A stretch of DNA of 64,000 nt from positions 1,661-65,660 of the forward strand of contig CAZQXO010000007.1 in assembly GCA_964597445.1 (NCBI GenBank). Direction: 5' to 3'. Positions 40,351-48,848 of this stretch are shown piece by piece (positions within the stretch are counted from its first letter, which is position 1; the number at the start of each line of letters is the position of its first letter). The notes beneath the pieces are model-generated. The model had not been told where the DNA came from and searched no databases. It was given only the letters and a program-made list of their open reading frames with translations. The position numbers and the translations under genes are program-made. This DNA is from an uncultured Bifidobacteriaceae bacterium. GTDB taxonomy: Bacteria > Actinomycetota > Actinomycetes > S36-B12.

Positions 40351-41421
40351 GTGACCCCTGCAGCTGAGCTGGACCTCTCGGTCGGATCGGTGCCCCTGAC
40401 GATGCGCCTGATCGACGTCCCGAGCGAGTCTCGTCAGGAGGAGCACCTCGCGAACCTCGTGGAGTCGGCACTCACGACCATCCCCTGGCTCACGGTCCTG
40501 CGAATCGGCAACACCCTCGTGGCACGCACCGAACTCGGCCGTCCGGAGCGGGTGCTGATCGGCGGCCATCTCGACACGGTCCCCGCGCACGGCAATGTGC
40601 CGCATCGTCGTGAGGGCGACCTGATCTTCGGCCTCGGCGCCTGCGACATGAAGGGCGGTGTCGCCGTCGCCCTCACGCTGGCGGCCTCCGTGGCGGAGCC
40701 GACCCGTGACGTCACGTACGTCCTCTACGAGTGCGAGGAGGTCGACGCCGAACTCAACGGACTGAGCATGCTCGCCACGCATCACCCTGCGATGCTCCAG
40801 GCGGATCTGGCGATCCTCATGGAGCCGTCCAATGCCGGCATCGAGGCCGGCTGCCAGGGGACGATCCGCGCGGAGGTGCGAGTCGAGGGCGTTCGGGCGC
40901 ACAGCGCTCGCTCCTGGCGTGGTGTGAACGCCATCCATGGAGCCGGCGAGATCCTCGACCGGCTCCGGGAGTATGCGCCCCGCCAGCCTGTGATCGACGG
41001 CCTCATGTATCGCGAGGGCCTCAATGCGGTGCGCATCGAGGGTGGCGTGGCAGGCAACGTGATCCCGGACGCCTGCACCGTGACCGTCAACTTCCGGTTC
41101 GCGCCGGATCGCTCCCTCGAGGAGGCGGAGGCGCACCTGCGCGACGTCTTCTCCGGGTTCGACGTGACCGTGGTGGATGCTGCCCCCGGCGCCCTTCCGG
41201 GGCTGGATCGCCCAGCGGCCGCGGACTTCGTCGCGGCCGTGGGATCGGCGCCGCAGCCGAAGTTCGGCTGGACCGACGTCGCGCGCTTCTCGTCGCTGGG
41301 TGTTCCGGCACTCAACTACGGCCCGGGGGATCCGTCGGTGGCGCACATGCAGGACGAGCATGTCGCGGTGGGGCAGATCCGCAGCTGCGAGGAGCGGCTC
41401 CGGGCATGGCTGCTCACGTGA
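40351..41421 (+). CDS. dapE: Succinyl-diaminopimelate desuccinylase
   Basis: ORF 40309..41421. M20 peptidase motifs [23 protein letters not shown]. Divergent from dapD. GTG 40351 is the inferred start. Confidence 0.9.
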   Translation: MTPAAELDLSVGSVPLTMRLIDVPSESRQEEHLANLVESALTTIPWLTVLRIGNTLVARTELGRPERVLIGGHLDTVPAHGNVPHRREGDLIFGLGACDMKGGVAVALTLAASVAEPTRDVTYVLYECEEVDAELNGLSMLATHHPAMLQADLAILMEPSNAGIEAGCQGTIRAEVRVEGVRAHSARSWRGVNAIHGAGEILDRLREYAPRQPVIDGLMYREGLNAVRIEGGVAGNVIPDACTVTVNFRFAPDRSLEEAEAHLRDVFSGFDVTVVDAAPGALPGLDRPAAADFVAAVGSAPQPKFGWTDVARFSSLGVPALNYGPGDPSVAHMQDEHVAVGQIRSCEERLRAWLLT

Positions 41422-41427
41422 CCGGAC

Positions 41428-41458
41428 GCACCCCCGACATGAGGCACCCCCGACATGA
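41428..41458. repeat. Tandem direct repeat, two 15-nt copies of GCACCCCCGACATGA with a 16-bp period (1-nt spacer)
   Basis: Read directly at 41428-41442 and 41444-41458, immediately after the dapE stop. Confidence 0.85.
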
Positions 41459-41459
41459 T

Positions 41460-41491
41460 GAGGGGTCCCCGGCCAAGGCCGGGGACCCCTC
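41460..41491. terminator. 32-nt perfect palindrome GAGGGGTCCCCGGCC-AA-GGCCGGGGACCCCTC (bidirectional terminator candidate)
   Basis: Read directly. It lies between convergent dapE (+) and yceI (-). Confidence 0.6.
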
Positions 41492-41512
41492 AAGGGGAAG
41501 TACGGGGTGACG

Positions 41513-42076
41513 TCAGGCCTGCTTGACGGCCTCGACGTCGAGCAGCAGCGTGATCTCGTCACCAACGAGAACGCCGCCGGTCTCGAGGGCCGCGTTCCAC
41601 GTCAGGTCGAAGTCCTTGCGGCTGATCTTGGCCGTGCCCTCGAAGCCGATGCGCTGGTTGCCCCACGGATCCTGGCTGAGCCCGATGAACTCGTAGGCGA
41701 CCGGAACGCTACGCGTGACACCGTGGATGGTGAGGTCACCCGACAGGGTGACGTCGTTGCCGCTCGCCTGCACGCTCGTCGAGGTGAAGGTGAGGGTGGG
41801 GAAGGTCGCGACGTCCAGGAAGTCGGGTGACGTCAGATGAGCATCGCGGTCGGCGTTCTTGGTGTCGATGCTGGCGGCCTGGATGGTGACCTCGGCGGAG
41901 GAGGCGGCGAGGTTCGCGCCGTCGATGGTGAACGAGCCGGAGAACTCGCCGAAGGTGCCGCGCACCTTGGCGATCATGGCGTGACGGACGCTGAAGCCGA
42001 TGGTGGTGTGGCTCGGGTCGATGACCCAGGTGCCGGTCGCGCTGGCGAGGGTCGAGTTGTCGGTCGAGGTCGACAT
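41513..42076 (-). CDS. YceI family protein
   Basis: 187 aa. WVIDPSHTTIGFSVRHAMIAKVRGTFGEFSG, NADRDAHLTSPDFLD, LTIHGVT. Confidence 0.9.
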   Translation of the reverse strand: MSTSTDNSTLASATGTWVIDPSHTTIGFSVRHAMIAKVRGTFGEFSGSFTIDGANLAASSAEVTIQAASIDTKNADRDAHLTSPDFLDVATFPTLTFTSTSVQASGNDVTLSGDLTIHGVTRSVPVAYEFIGLSQDPWGNQRIGFEGTAKISRKDFDLTWNAALETGGVLVGDEITLLLDVEAVKQA

Positions 42077-42122
42077 GGGGTTCCTTCCGAAGGGACGGTG
42101 GCGGGGTCAAGGTCGTTGATGG

Positions 42123-42169
42123 TTCAACTAGAAGCACTGTAGTGCCATGTAGTTGACGGCGCAACTACC
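42123..42169. promoter_or_regulatory. Array of CAACTA / TAGTTG half-sites in the divergent yceI-LOG promoter region
   Basis: Read directly. CAACTA at 42125-42130, TAGTTG at 42150-42155, CAACTA at 42162-42167. GTAGTTG-ACGGCG-CAACTAC is a perfect 7-6-7 inverted repeat, and there is an inner CACT-GT-AGTG. Confidence 0.35.
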
Positions 42170-42196
42170 GATCGGACGGGCCCCTAGGGTTCTGCC

Positions 42197-42769
42197 ATGC
42201 CCGCTGTCTGCGTCTTCCTCTCCTCGAGCACAGCCATCGACCCGCGCTACCTGGATCTGGCGGCCGAGGTCGGCGATGGCCTCGCGCGTCGGGGATGGGA
42301 TGTCGTGTCCGGGGCAGGATCCATCTCGATGATGGGGGCCCTCGGCCGATCCGCGCGGGCCGCGGGTGGTCGCACGATCGGAGTCATCCCCGAGGCGCTC
42401 GTGACCCTCGAGGTCGCCGACCACGACTCGGACGAGTTCATCGTGACGCGGGACATGCGCCAGCGCAAGGGGCTCATGGATGAGCGCGCGGACGCCTTCC
42501 TGGCGCTGCCCGGTGGGATCGGCACGCTCGAGGAGCTCATCGAGGTGTGGACCTCTCGGAGCCTGAACATGCACCACAAGCCCGTCGTCGTCCTGGATCC
42601 CTGGGGTGACTTCACCCACCTGCATGCGCTCGTGGATCACTGGGTCGCGCAGGGCTTCGTCCGCCCGGAGGCGCTGGGTCACGTGCAGTGGGTGACCAGT
42701 GTCGATCAGGCCCTCGACGCGATCGAATCGAGCTGGGCAGCAGCACGACGTGGTGGAATGGAGTCGTGA
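42197..42769 (+). CDS. LOG family / TIGR00730 Rossmann-fold nucleotide-binding protein
   Basis: 190 aa. VSGAGSISMMGAL, IGVIPE, MRQRKGLM, LPGGIGTLEEL (PGGxGTxxE motif). Confidence 0.9.
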   Translation: MPAVCVFLSSSTAIDPRYLDLAAEVGDGLARRGWDVVSGAGSISMMGALGRSARAAGGRTIGVIPEALVTLEVADHDSDEFIVTRDMRQRKGLMDERADAFLALPGGIGTLEELIEVWTSRSLNMHHKPVVVLDPWGDFTHLHALVDHWVAQGFVRPEALGHVQWVTSVDQALDAIESSWAAARRGGMES

Positions 42770-43005
42770 CCCTGCTCTTCGCCGTCGTGGTGATCCTCGT
42801 CATCGCCGGTGCGTTCCTCTATGCGTCCGGACGATGGTCGGGCCTCCCAGACCCCGAGCGCGACCGCCGGCCGGTGACGGAGGCCGGCCCGGGGTTCGAT
42901 GTCGTACTCCGGGGCTACCGGATGGACGAGGTCGATGCCCGCATCGCTGCCCTGGAGCAGGAGAACGCCGCTCTGCGTGCCAAAGCACCGGGGACCGGAC
43001 GCTGA
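42766..43005 (+). CDS. Small DivIVA-domain membrane protein
   Basis: ORF 42688..43005. GTG 42766 overlaps the LOG stop (GTGA). A TM helix, then FDVVLRGYRMDEVDARIAALEQENAALRA, the DivIVA N-terminal motif. Confidence 0.6.
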   Translation: MTLLFAVVVILVIAGAFLYASGRWSGLPDPERDRRPVTEAGPGFDVVLRGYRMDEVDARIAALEQENAALRAKAPGTGR

Positions 43006-43191
43006 CGGCGGCCCCGACCCGGTCGAGCCGGGGCAGGGGCGATCGGCGATAATGGGGTGTCCGCTGAGAGTGAGGGCGCTGCTGGGTCTCGTCCCGGAGC
43101 CGTCCGGCCGAGCGGGCATCGGTCGGGGCCCCTGGGTCCCGGCGCACGTATGGGGCCTGCCGGCCCCGGCGAAGCGACGGAAGGGGTTCAC

Positions 43192-43359
43192 ATGGCCGCG
43201 ATGAAGCCGCGAACGGGCGATGGCCCGCTCGAGGTGACCAAGGAGGGGCGTGGCTACGTCATGCGTGTACCCCTCGAGGGAGGCGGCCGCCTTGTCGTCG
43301 AGCTCAACGGCGAGGAGGCCAAGGATCTCGGAGCGAAGCTGCTCGAGCTCTTCGCCTGA
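43192..43359 (+). CDS. DUF3117 domain-containing protein (55 aa, actinobacteria-wide)
   Basis: Internal ATG of ORF 43057..43359. MAAMKPRTGDGPLEVTKEGRGYVMRVPLEGGGRLVVELNGEEAKDLGAKLLELFA matches the family almost residue for residue, as I recall it. Confidence 0.8.
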   Translation: MAAMKPRTGDGPLEVTKEGRGYVMRVPLEGGGRLVVELNGEEAKDLGAKLLELFA

Positions 43360-43373
43360 GTCCCGGAACTGAC

Positions 43374-43407
43374 GAGGGGCCCCGGACGGTGACGTCCGGG
43401 GCCCCTC
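43374..43407. terminator. Perfect 15-bp stem hairpin GAGGGGCCCCGGACG-GTGA-CGTCCGGGGCCCCTC
   Basis: Read directly. It lies between convergent DUF3117 (+) and the O-methyltransferase (-). Confidence 0.6.
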
Positions 43408-43432
43408 GGCGTTCGCGTGCGCGCGGGCGGGA

Positions 43433-44056
43433 TCAGGTCCGGTCGGACAGGTGCGCGACCAGAAGGCCGTCCCCGACGGTCAGGAGGGCGGGAACCCAGT
43501 CGTCATCCGACCGGATCATCGAGGCCACGTCGCGCAGGGCGACGGTCTCGGCGTCCCGCTCGGCCGGGTCGGCGACCCGGCCGCTCCAGAGCACGTTGTC
43601 GAGGACGACCAGGCCGCCGACCCGCAGCAGCCGCTTGGCCTGGGCGAGGATGGCCGGGTACTCGGTCTTGTCACCGTCGACGAACACGAGGTCGTAGGCC
43701 GCGTCGGACAGGCGCGGGAGCACCTCGAGAGCCCGACCGGCGATGAGCCGAGCCCGGGTGTGGTCGTAGCCGAGAGCGGTGAACGTCTCGCGCGCGACGC
43801 GCTGGTGCTCGGCTTCCACGTCGATGCTGGTCAGGACACCCGTGGGAGCCATGCCGGCCAGCAGAGCAGCACCGGACACGCCGGCACCCGTGCCGATCTC
43901 GACCACGGTCTGGGCGCCGACGGTGGCCGCCAGCAGTCGAAGCAGGGCGGCGGAGGGGCGGCTCAGGGCGGGGCATCCGAGTTCGGCAGCCCGCTCGCGG
44001 GCCTCGCGCACGGCCTCGGCCTCCTCGGACCAGCCGTCCACGTACTCCCACGCCAT
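43433..44056 (-). CDS. Class I SAM-dependent O-methyltransferase (caffeoyl-CoA OMT-like)
   Basis: 207 aa. VVEIGTGAGVSGAALLAG, YDLVFVDGDKTEYP, GGLVVLDNVLWSGRV. Confidence 0.85.
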   Translation of the reverse strand: MAWEYVDGWSEEAEAVREARERAAELGCPALSRPSAALLRLLAATVGAQTVVEIGTGAGVSGAALLAGMAPTGVLTSIDVEAEHQRVARETFTALGYDHTRARLIAGRALEVLPRLSDAAYDLVFVDGDKTEYPAILAQAKRLLRVGGLVVLDNVLWSGRVADPAERDAETVALRDVASMIRSDDDWVPALLTVGDGLLVAHLSDRT

Positions 44057-44247
44057 CGGCGTCGGCAGGAAAGGGTCACGCCCGTTGCTGGCGATGATGC
44101 ACCTCCGGTCGGGTCGTGGGCCGCCGGTGAATCGGTGGCCGAGTTCGCCCGAAGCCTAGTTGAGAACTACCGTGGGGGGTCGACCCACGGGAGCGTCCGG
44201 GTCGCTGGACGATTCCCGGAAGTCCGACGGGCGAGCGAGGAGGCACC

Positions 44248-45438
44248 ATGGCCGAGGACACCCCCCGACCCCCGGTCGGGCCGCAGGTGCCCCCGCGGGT
44301 CGTGACTCCGACGACGATGGCCAGTCCCTATCCGGCAGCCCCGGCTCCTGCTCCGCGTCGCGGCATGGGGCTCCTGGGCACCGTCCTCGTAGCAGCGGTC
44401 GTGGCTGCCGTCGTGGGAGCGTTCGCGGGCGTCGCCGGATACGCGCTCGGCCGCAGTCTCGGATCCGAGGAAGCGGTGCTCTCGGCCGAGACCACCCCGA
44501 TGGGCGACGTCGCTCCCCCGATCGTCACCGAGGACGGGTCCATCGCCGAGATCGCGGCGGGCACCCTCCCCGCGGTCGTGTCCCTGGCGGTGGAGGGATC
44601 CGCGGGCTCCGGCAGCGGCTCGGGATTCGTGATCCGTCCCGACGGCTACATCCTCACGAACAACCACGTGGTGAGCGTGGCCTCGGACGGCGGCGTCGAG
44701 GTGGTGTTCGCCGACGGCGACCGTCGGCCCGGCCGCATCATCGGCACGAGCCCGTCCTATGACCTCGCGGTGGTCAAGGTCGACCGCACGGATCTGCCCA
44801 CCCTGGCTCTGGGGAACTCCGACGAGGTCCGCGTCGGGGACATCGTCATCGCCATCGGAGCCCCTCTCGGCCTCGACGGCACCGTGACGTCCGGCATCGT
44901 CAGCGCTCTGGATCGTCCGGTCATGGCGGGGGAGTCCGCCTCCGATGTGTCGTACATCAATGCGGTGCAGACCGATGCCGCCATCAATCCGGGCAACTCC
45001 GGCGGTCCGCTCCTCGATCGCTCGGGCAACGTCATCGGCGTCAACTCGGCCATCGCGACGCTCGCGATCGGAGGCGAGGCGGGCAGCATCGGCCTCGGGT
45101 TCGCCATCCCCAGCAACTCCGCGTCACGCGTGGCGCAGGAGATCATCGCGACAGGAACCTCCCGCACGCCCCTCATGGGGGTACAGCTGGACCCGGCCTA
45201 CACCGACGGTGGAGCTCGGGTCAGTGAGATCACTCCGGGCAGTGGGGCGGAGGCGGCAGGACTGCGCACCGGCGACATCGTCCGCGAGGTCGACAGCCGT
45301 CCGATCGCGGACGCCACTGAGCTCGTGGTCGCGATCCGGTCCTATGCTCCCGGCGACACCATCCTCGTCACGTTCGAGCGGGGTGGGCGCACGCAGCAGG
45401 CTGATCTCGTGCTTGGCGACGACAGTCGGGCAGGGTAG
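44248..45438 (+). CDS. htrA: HtrA/DegP-family trypsin-like serine protease with PDZ domain
   Basis: 396 aa. TM anchor. Catalytic His in ILTNNHVV, Asp in YDLAVVKV, Ser in GNSGGPLL. C-terminal PDZ (AGLRTGDIVREVDSRPI). Confidence 0.9.
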   Translation: MAEDTPRPPVGPQVPPRVVTPTTMASPYPAAPAPAPRRGMGLLGTVLVAAVVAAVVGAFAGVAGYALGRSLGSEEAVLSAETTPMGDVAPPIVTEDGSIAEIAAGTLPAVVSLAVEGSAGSGSGSGFVIRPDGYILTNNHVVSVASDGGVEVVFADGDRRPGRIIGTSPSYDLAVVKVDRTDLPTLALGNSDEVRVGDIVIAIGAPLGLDGTVTSGIVSALDRPVMAGESASDVSYINAVQTDAAINPGNSGGPLLDRSGNVIGVNSAIATLAIGGEAGSIGLGFAIPSNSASRVAQEIIATGTSRTPLMGVQLDPAYTDGGARVSEITPGSGAEAAGLRTGDIVREVDSRPIADATELVVAIRSYAPGDTILVTFERGGRTQQADLVLGDDSRAG

Positions 45439-45445
45439 GGGAGCA

Positions 45446-45787
45446 ATGTTCGACATCGGGCTCGGCGAGATCATCATCATCGGGGTGATCGGCCTGCTCG
45501 TGTTCGGACCGGAGCGGCTGCCGCGTGCGGCCGCGGACGCGGCCAAGTGGATGCGCCAGCTCCGGGGCATGGCCACCGGAGCCCGCAAGGATCTCGCGGA
45601 CTCGGCCGGGCTCGACCTGACGGACGCCGTCGACACGGTGCGCGAGCTGCGCGACTTCCACCCCCGCCGTCTTGCCGCGAGCCTGCTCGATGAGTCGGAC
45701 GACGACGCGCCGAGCCGCCGACCGGACACCCCGGCGTCGGGGGGAACGACCCCGACTCGTCCGGCCTACGACCCGGACGCCACCTGA
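45446..45787 (+). CDS. tatB: Sec-independent protein translocase subunit TatB
   Basis: C-terminal 113 aa of ORF 44945..45787. MFDIGLGEIIIIGVIGLLVFGPERLPRAAADAAKWMRQLR. Confidence 0.85.
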   Translation: MFDIGLGEIIIIGVIGLLVFGPERLPRAAADAAKWMRQLRGMATGARKDLADSAGLDLTDAVDTVRELRDFHPRRLAASLLDESDDDAPSRRPDTPASGGTTPTRPAYDPDAT

Positions 45788-45829
45788 TCGGACGCGGGTC
45801 CCCGCGCCGCCTCCCGTCGCGCCGAGTCG

Positions 45830-46969
45830 TCAGCGACCGGCGGGCGTGAGTCCGAGCGACATCCCGGCCAGGCCACGCGGCTTGCGCCCCAGGGTCTCGG
45901 CGATGCTGCGCAGGGCCCGCGCTGCCGGAGCATCCGGCGTGCTGAGCACGAGGGGGTGACCGGAGTCGCCGCCCTCGCGCAGGGCGACATCGAAGGGGAT
46001 CTGGCCGAGCAGCGGAACATCGCTGCCGAGTTCCGCGCTGATCATGGAGGCCACCAGCTCACCCCCGCCGATACCGAAGAGGTCCATCGGCTCCCCGCAG
46101 TGCGGGCAGGGGAAGCTGCTCATGTTCTCGATGACGCCGACAACCTTCTGGTGCGTCTGTGCGGCGAGGGTGCCGGCGCGCACCGCGACGTCGGCGGAGG
46201 CGGCCTGGGGCGTGGTCACGATGACGAGCTCCGACCCCGGCAGGAGCTGCGCTGTGGAGATCGCGATGTCGCCGGTGCCCGGCGGCAGGTCGAGCAGCAG
46301 GACGTCGAGATCCCCCCACCACACGTCTGCGAGGAACTGCTCGAGTGCACGGTGCAGCATCGGTCCGCGGAAGGCGACGGGCTGTGCGACGCCACCGGGC
46401 TTGAATGGCAGCATCGAGATGACGCGCACGCCGTAGGACTGTGGCGGCATGATCATGCCCTCGACCATCGTCGGCGGGTCCATCGCGTTGAGGATGCGCG
46501 GGATCGAGTGCCCGTAGACGTCGGCATCGACCAGGCCCACGCTCAAGCCCATTTCCGCCATGGACACGGCGAGGTTCGCCGTGACAGACGACTTGCCCAC
46601 GCCACCCTTGCCGGATGCGATCGCGAACACCTTCGTGGTCGATCCAGCCTTCGCGAACGGGATCTCGCGCTGCTCGTGGCCGCGTAGCTGATTGCGCAAC
46701 TGGGCGCGCTGGTCGTCCGACATCACGTCCAGTTCGACTGACACGTCGGTGACGTTCGGGACGGACAGGACGGCGGCAGTCACGCGCTCCGTGATCGTCG
46801 TGCGCATGGGGCAGCCCGCCACGGTGAGGAAGACCCCGACCGTGACCGTGCCCTCGTGCGTGACGTCCACGCCCTTGACCATGCCGAGCTCCGTGATGGG
46901 TCGGTTGATCTCGGGGTCGTTGACCGTGGCGAGGGCAGCATGGATCGCATCGAGCGAGGGTTCGGCCAT
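45830..46969 (-). CDS. mrp: Mrp/NBP35 (ApbC) family Fe-S cluster carrier ATPase
   Basis: 379 aa. N-terminal DUF59 (VNDPEINRPITELGMVK), Walker A SGKGGVGKSS, and CPHCG. Confidence 0.9.
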   Translation of the reverse strand: MAEPSLDAIHAALATVNDPEINRPITELGMVKGVDVTHEGTVTVGVFLTVAGCPMRTTITERVTAAVLSVPNVTDVSVELDVMSDDQRAQLRNQLRGHEQREIPFAKAGSTTKVFAIASGKGGVGKSSVTANLAVSMAEMGLSVGLVDADVYGHSIPRILNAMDPPTMVEGMIMPPQSYGVRVISMLPFKPGGVAQPVAFRGPMLHRALEQFLADVWWGDLDVLLLDLPPGTGDIAISTAQLLPGSELVIVTTPQAASADVAVRAGTLAAQTHQKVVGVIENMSSFPCPHCGEPMDLFGIGGGELVASMISAELGSDVPLLGQIPFDVALREGGDSGHPLVLSTPDAPAARALRSIAETLGRKPRGLAGMSLGLTPAGR

Positions 46970-46978
46970 GCGCCGATG

Positions 46979-47551
46979 CTATTGGGGGTCGGTTGGGGCC
47001 GCCTCCGGTGCGACATCCGTGTGCTTGGCGTCACGTCGACTCCGGGTGCGGCGCTTGTCGGCGTCCTCGACGTCGAGCAGCTCGCGCAGGTCTGCGGCGA
47101 AGTCACGCAGTTCACTGCGGACGTAGTCGCGAGTCGCCACATCACCCAGAGCCATGCGCAGCGCGGCGAGCTCGCGCGCGAGGTAGTCCGAGTCGGCGAG
47201 GAGACGCTCGGTGCGCTGGCGGTCCTCGGCGAACTGCACGCGATCGCGGTCAGCCTGCCGGTTCTGGGCGAGCAGGATGAGCGGGGCGGCATAGGAGGCC
47301 TGCAGCGACAGCAGCAGCGTCAGGAAGATGAAGGGAAAGGGGTCAGGGCCGCCTTCGGAGATCGCGATGTTGATCCCGATCCAGATGACGATGGCGATCG
47401 TCATCCAGAGGATGAATGCCCAGGAGCCGATTCCGCGAGCAGCCTTCTCGGACAGGCGTCCGAAGCGCTCGGTGTCGACGGCCGGCCGCAGCGACCGAGA
47501 ACGGTCGAGCGGCTGGTCCAGGCGCGTGCTGCGACGGCGGGGAGATGCCAT
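46979..47551 (-). CDS. DUF1003 domain-containing membrane protein
   Basis: Internal ATG 47551 of ORF 46979..47725. FGRLSEKAARGIGSWAFILWMTIAIVIWIGINI...FIFLTLLLSLQASYAAPLILLAQNRQADRDR. Confidence 0.8.
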   Translation of the reverse strand: MASPRRRSTRLDQPLDRSRSLRPAVDTERFGRLSEKAARGIGSWAFILWMTIAIVIWIGINIAISEGGPDPFPFIFLTLLLSLQASYAAPLILLAQNRQADRDRVQFAEDRQRTERLLADSDYLARELAALRMALGDVATRDYVRSELRDFAADLRELLDVEDADKRRTRSRRDAKHTDVAPEAAPTDPQ

Positions 47552-47552
47552 G

Positions 47553-48812
47553 TCACGCACCGCCTTCGTCGTCGAGATCCTCGTCGCGCCAGTCGGCCGG
47601 AAGCATGTGGTCGATGACGTCATCGATCGTGACCGCTCCCAGCAGGTGACCACCCTCGTCGACCACGGGCAGGGCCACCAGGTTGTAGGCGGCGAAGAGC
47701 CGGGTGACCACATCCAGTGGTGCATCCGGACCGACCGGCATGAGATTGACGTCGACCAGTGCGGAGACGAGAGTCGCCGGCGGTTCGCGCAGCAGCTGCT
47801 GGAAGTGGCACACCCCGAGGTAGCGGCCCGTGGGCGTCTCGGTCGGGGGGCGCGCGACGTAGACCTGTGACGCGAGTGCGGGGGAGAGATCGGGATTGCG
47901 GATGTGCGCGAGGGCCTCGGCGACCGTGGCGTCCGGAGCCATGACGATGGGCTCGGTCGTCATCATGCCGCCGGCCGAGAAGTCGTCGTAGGAGAGCAGG
48001 CGGCGGAGGTCCTCGGCCTCATCCGGCTCGATCAGCTCGAGCAGGTCCTGGGCCTGCTGAGGAGGCAGGTCGGAGAGCAGGTCGGCTGCGTCGGCAGGAT
48101 CCATCTCCTCGAGGACGTCCGCGGCACGCTCAGCCTCCAGTGCCTGCAGGATCTCCACGCGCTCGTCGTCATTGAGCTCCTCGATGACGTCGGCGAGGCG
48201 CTCATCGTCGAGTGCTCGGGCCACCTCGAGCCGGCGCTTCGAGGTCAGGTCGTGCAGCACGTTCGCGACGTCCGCGGGCCGCATGGTGTCGAGGCGAGCG
48301 AGAAGCTGCTCGGCCGGCTGATCGGGTGCCGGCAGCGACAGGCCGTCGACCTCGTTCCAGTCCACGACGAGGGACGGCCCGCGACGACGCAGCCCGCCTC
48401 CGTGCCGCCGCACGAAGAGCTCGGTGACGAACCAGTCGCGCGTGATGGTCTTCTCCACGGCCACATCGAGGAGGGTGACCTCCTCCTGGGTCTCCGTGAG
48501 GCGCACGGCGCGATCGAGGAGCTCGCCGATCAGGAGCGTCTCGTTGCTGCGCTTCTCGAACCGGCGGAGGTTCACGGTGCCCGTGACGATCACCTGACTG
48601 GCATCGATGGCGGTCACCTTGGTCATGGGGACGAAGATGCGGCGTCGAGGAGGCACCTCCACGACGAGGCCGGTGAGGCGCGGGGCGTTGGTGCCGATCC
48701 GGAGCACGACGACGGCATCGCGTACCTTGCCCACCTTGTCGCCGTTGGGATCGAAGACCCCGAGGCCGGCAAGGCGGGCGAGGAACACCCGGGTTGCTGC
48801 GCCTATCGTCAC
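47553..48812 (-). CDS. Soluble MgtE N-terminal domain plus CBS-pair protein (PRC-barrel-like N-terminus, no transporter TM domain)
   Basis: 419 aa. The MgtE_N acidic repeats are ADVANVLHDL...DERLADVIEELNDDERVEILQALEAERAADVLEEMDPADAADLL. CBS-like modules follow. One nucleotide separates its stop from the DUF1003 start. Confidence 0.8.
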   Translation of the reverse strand: MTIGAATRVFLARLAGLGVFDPNGDKVGKVRDAVVVLRIGTNAPRLTGLVVEVPPRRRIFVPMTKVTAIDASQVIVTGTVNLRRFEKRSNETLLIGELLDRAVRLTETQEEVTLLDVAVEKTITRDWFVTELFVRRHGGGLRRRGPSLVVDWNEVDGLSLPAPDQPAEQLLARLDTMRPADVANVLHDLTSKRRLEVARALDDERLADVIEELNDDERVEILQALEAERAADVLEEMDPADAADLLSDLPPQQAQDLLELIEPDEAEDLRRLLSYDDFSAGGMMTTEPIVMAPDATVAEALAHIRNPDLSPALASQVYVARPPTETPTGRYLGVCHFQQLLREPPATLVSALVDVNLMPVGPDAPLDVVTRLFAAYNLVALPVVDEGGHLLGAVTIDDVIDHMLPADWRDEDLDDEGGA

Positions 48813-48848
48813 GCGGGCAGGCTACCCCCGAACAGGAGGTGCTGGCTC

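Noticed and set aside
43057-43191. The 100-aa version of the DUF3117 ORF.
   Set aside because: The family is about 55 aa and begins MAAMKPRTGDGPLE. The upstream 45 codons are Gly/Pro/Ala/Arg-rich filler in frame by chance.
44057-44247. A SigE-type promoter (GGAAC-N16-17-GTT) upstream of htrA.
   Set aside because: No acceptable match is seen in the 191-bp gap. Only a GAAC with no properly spaced GTT is present.
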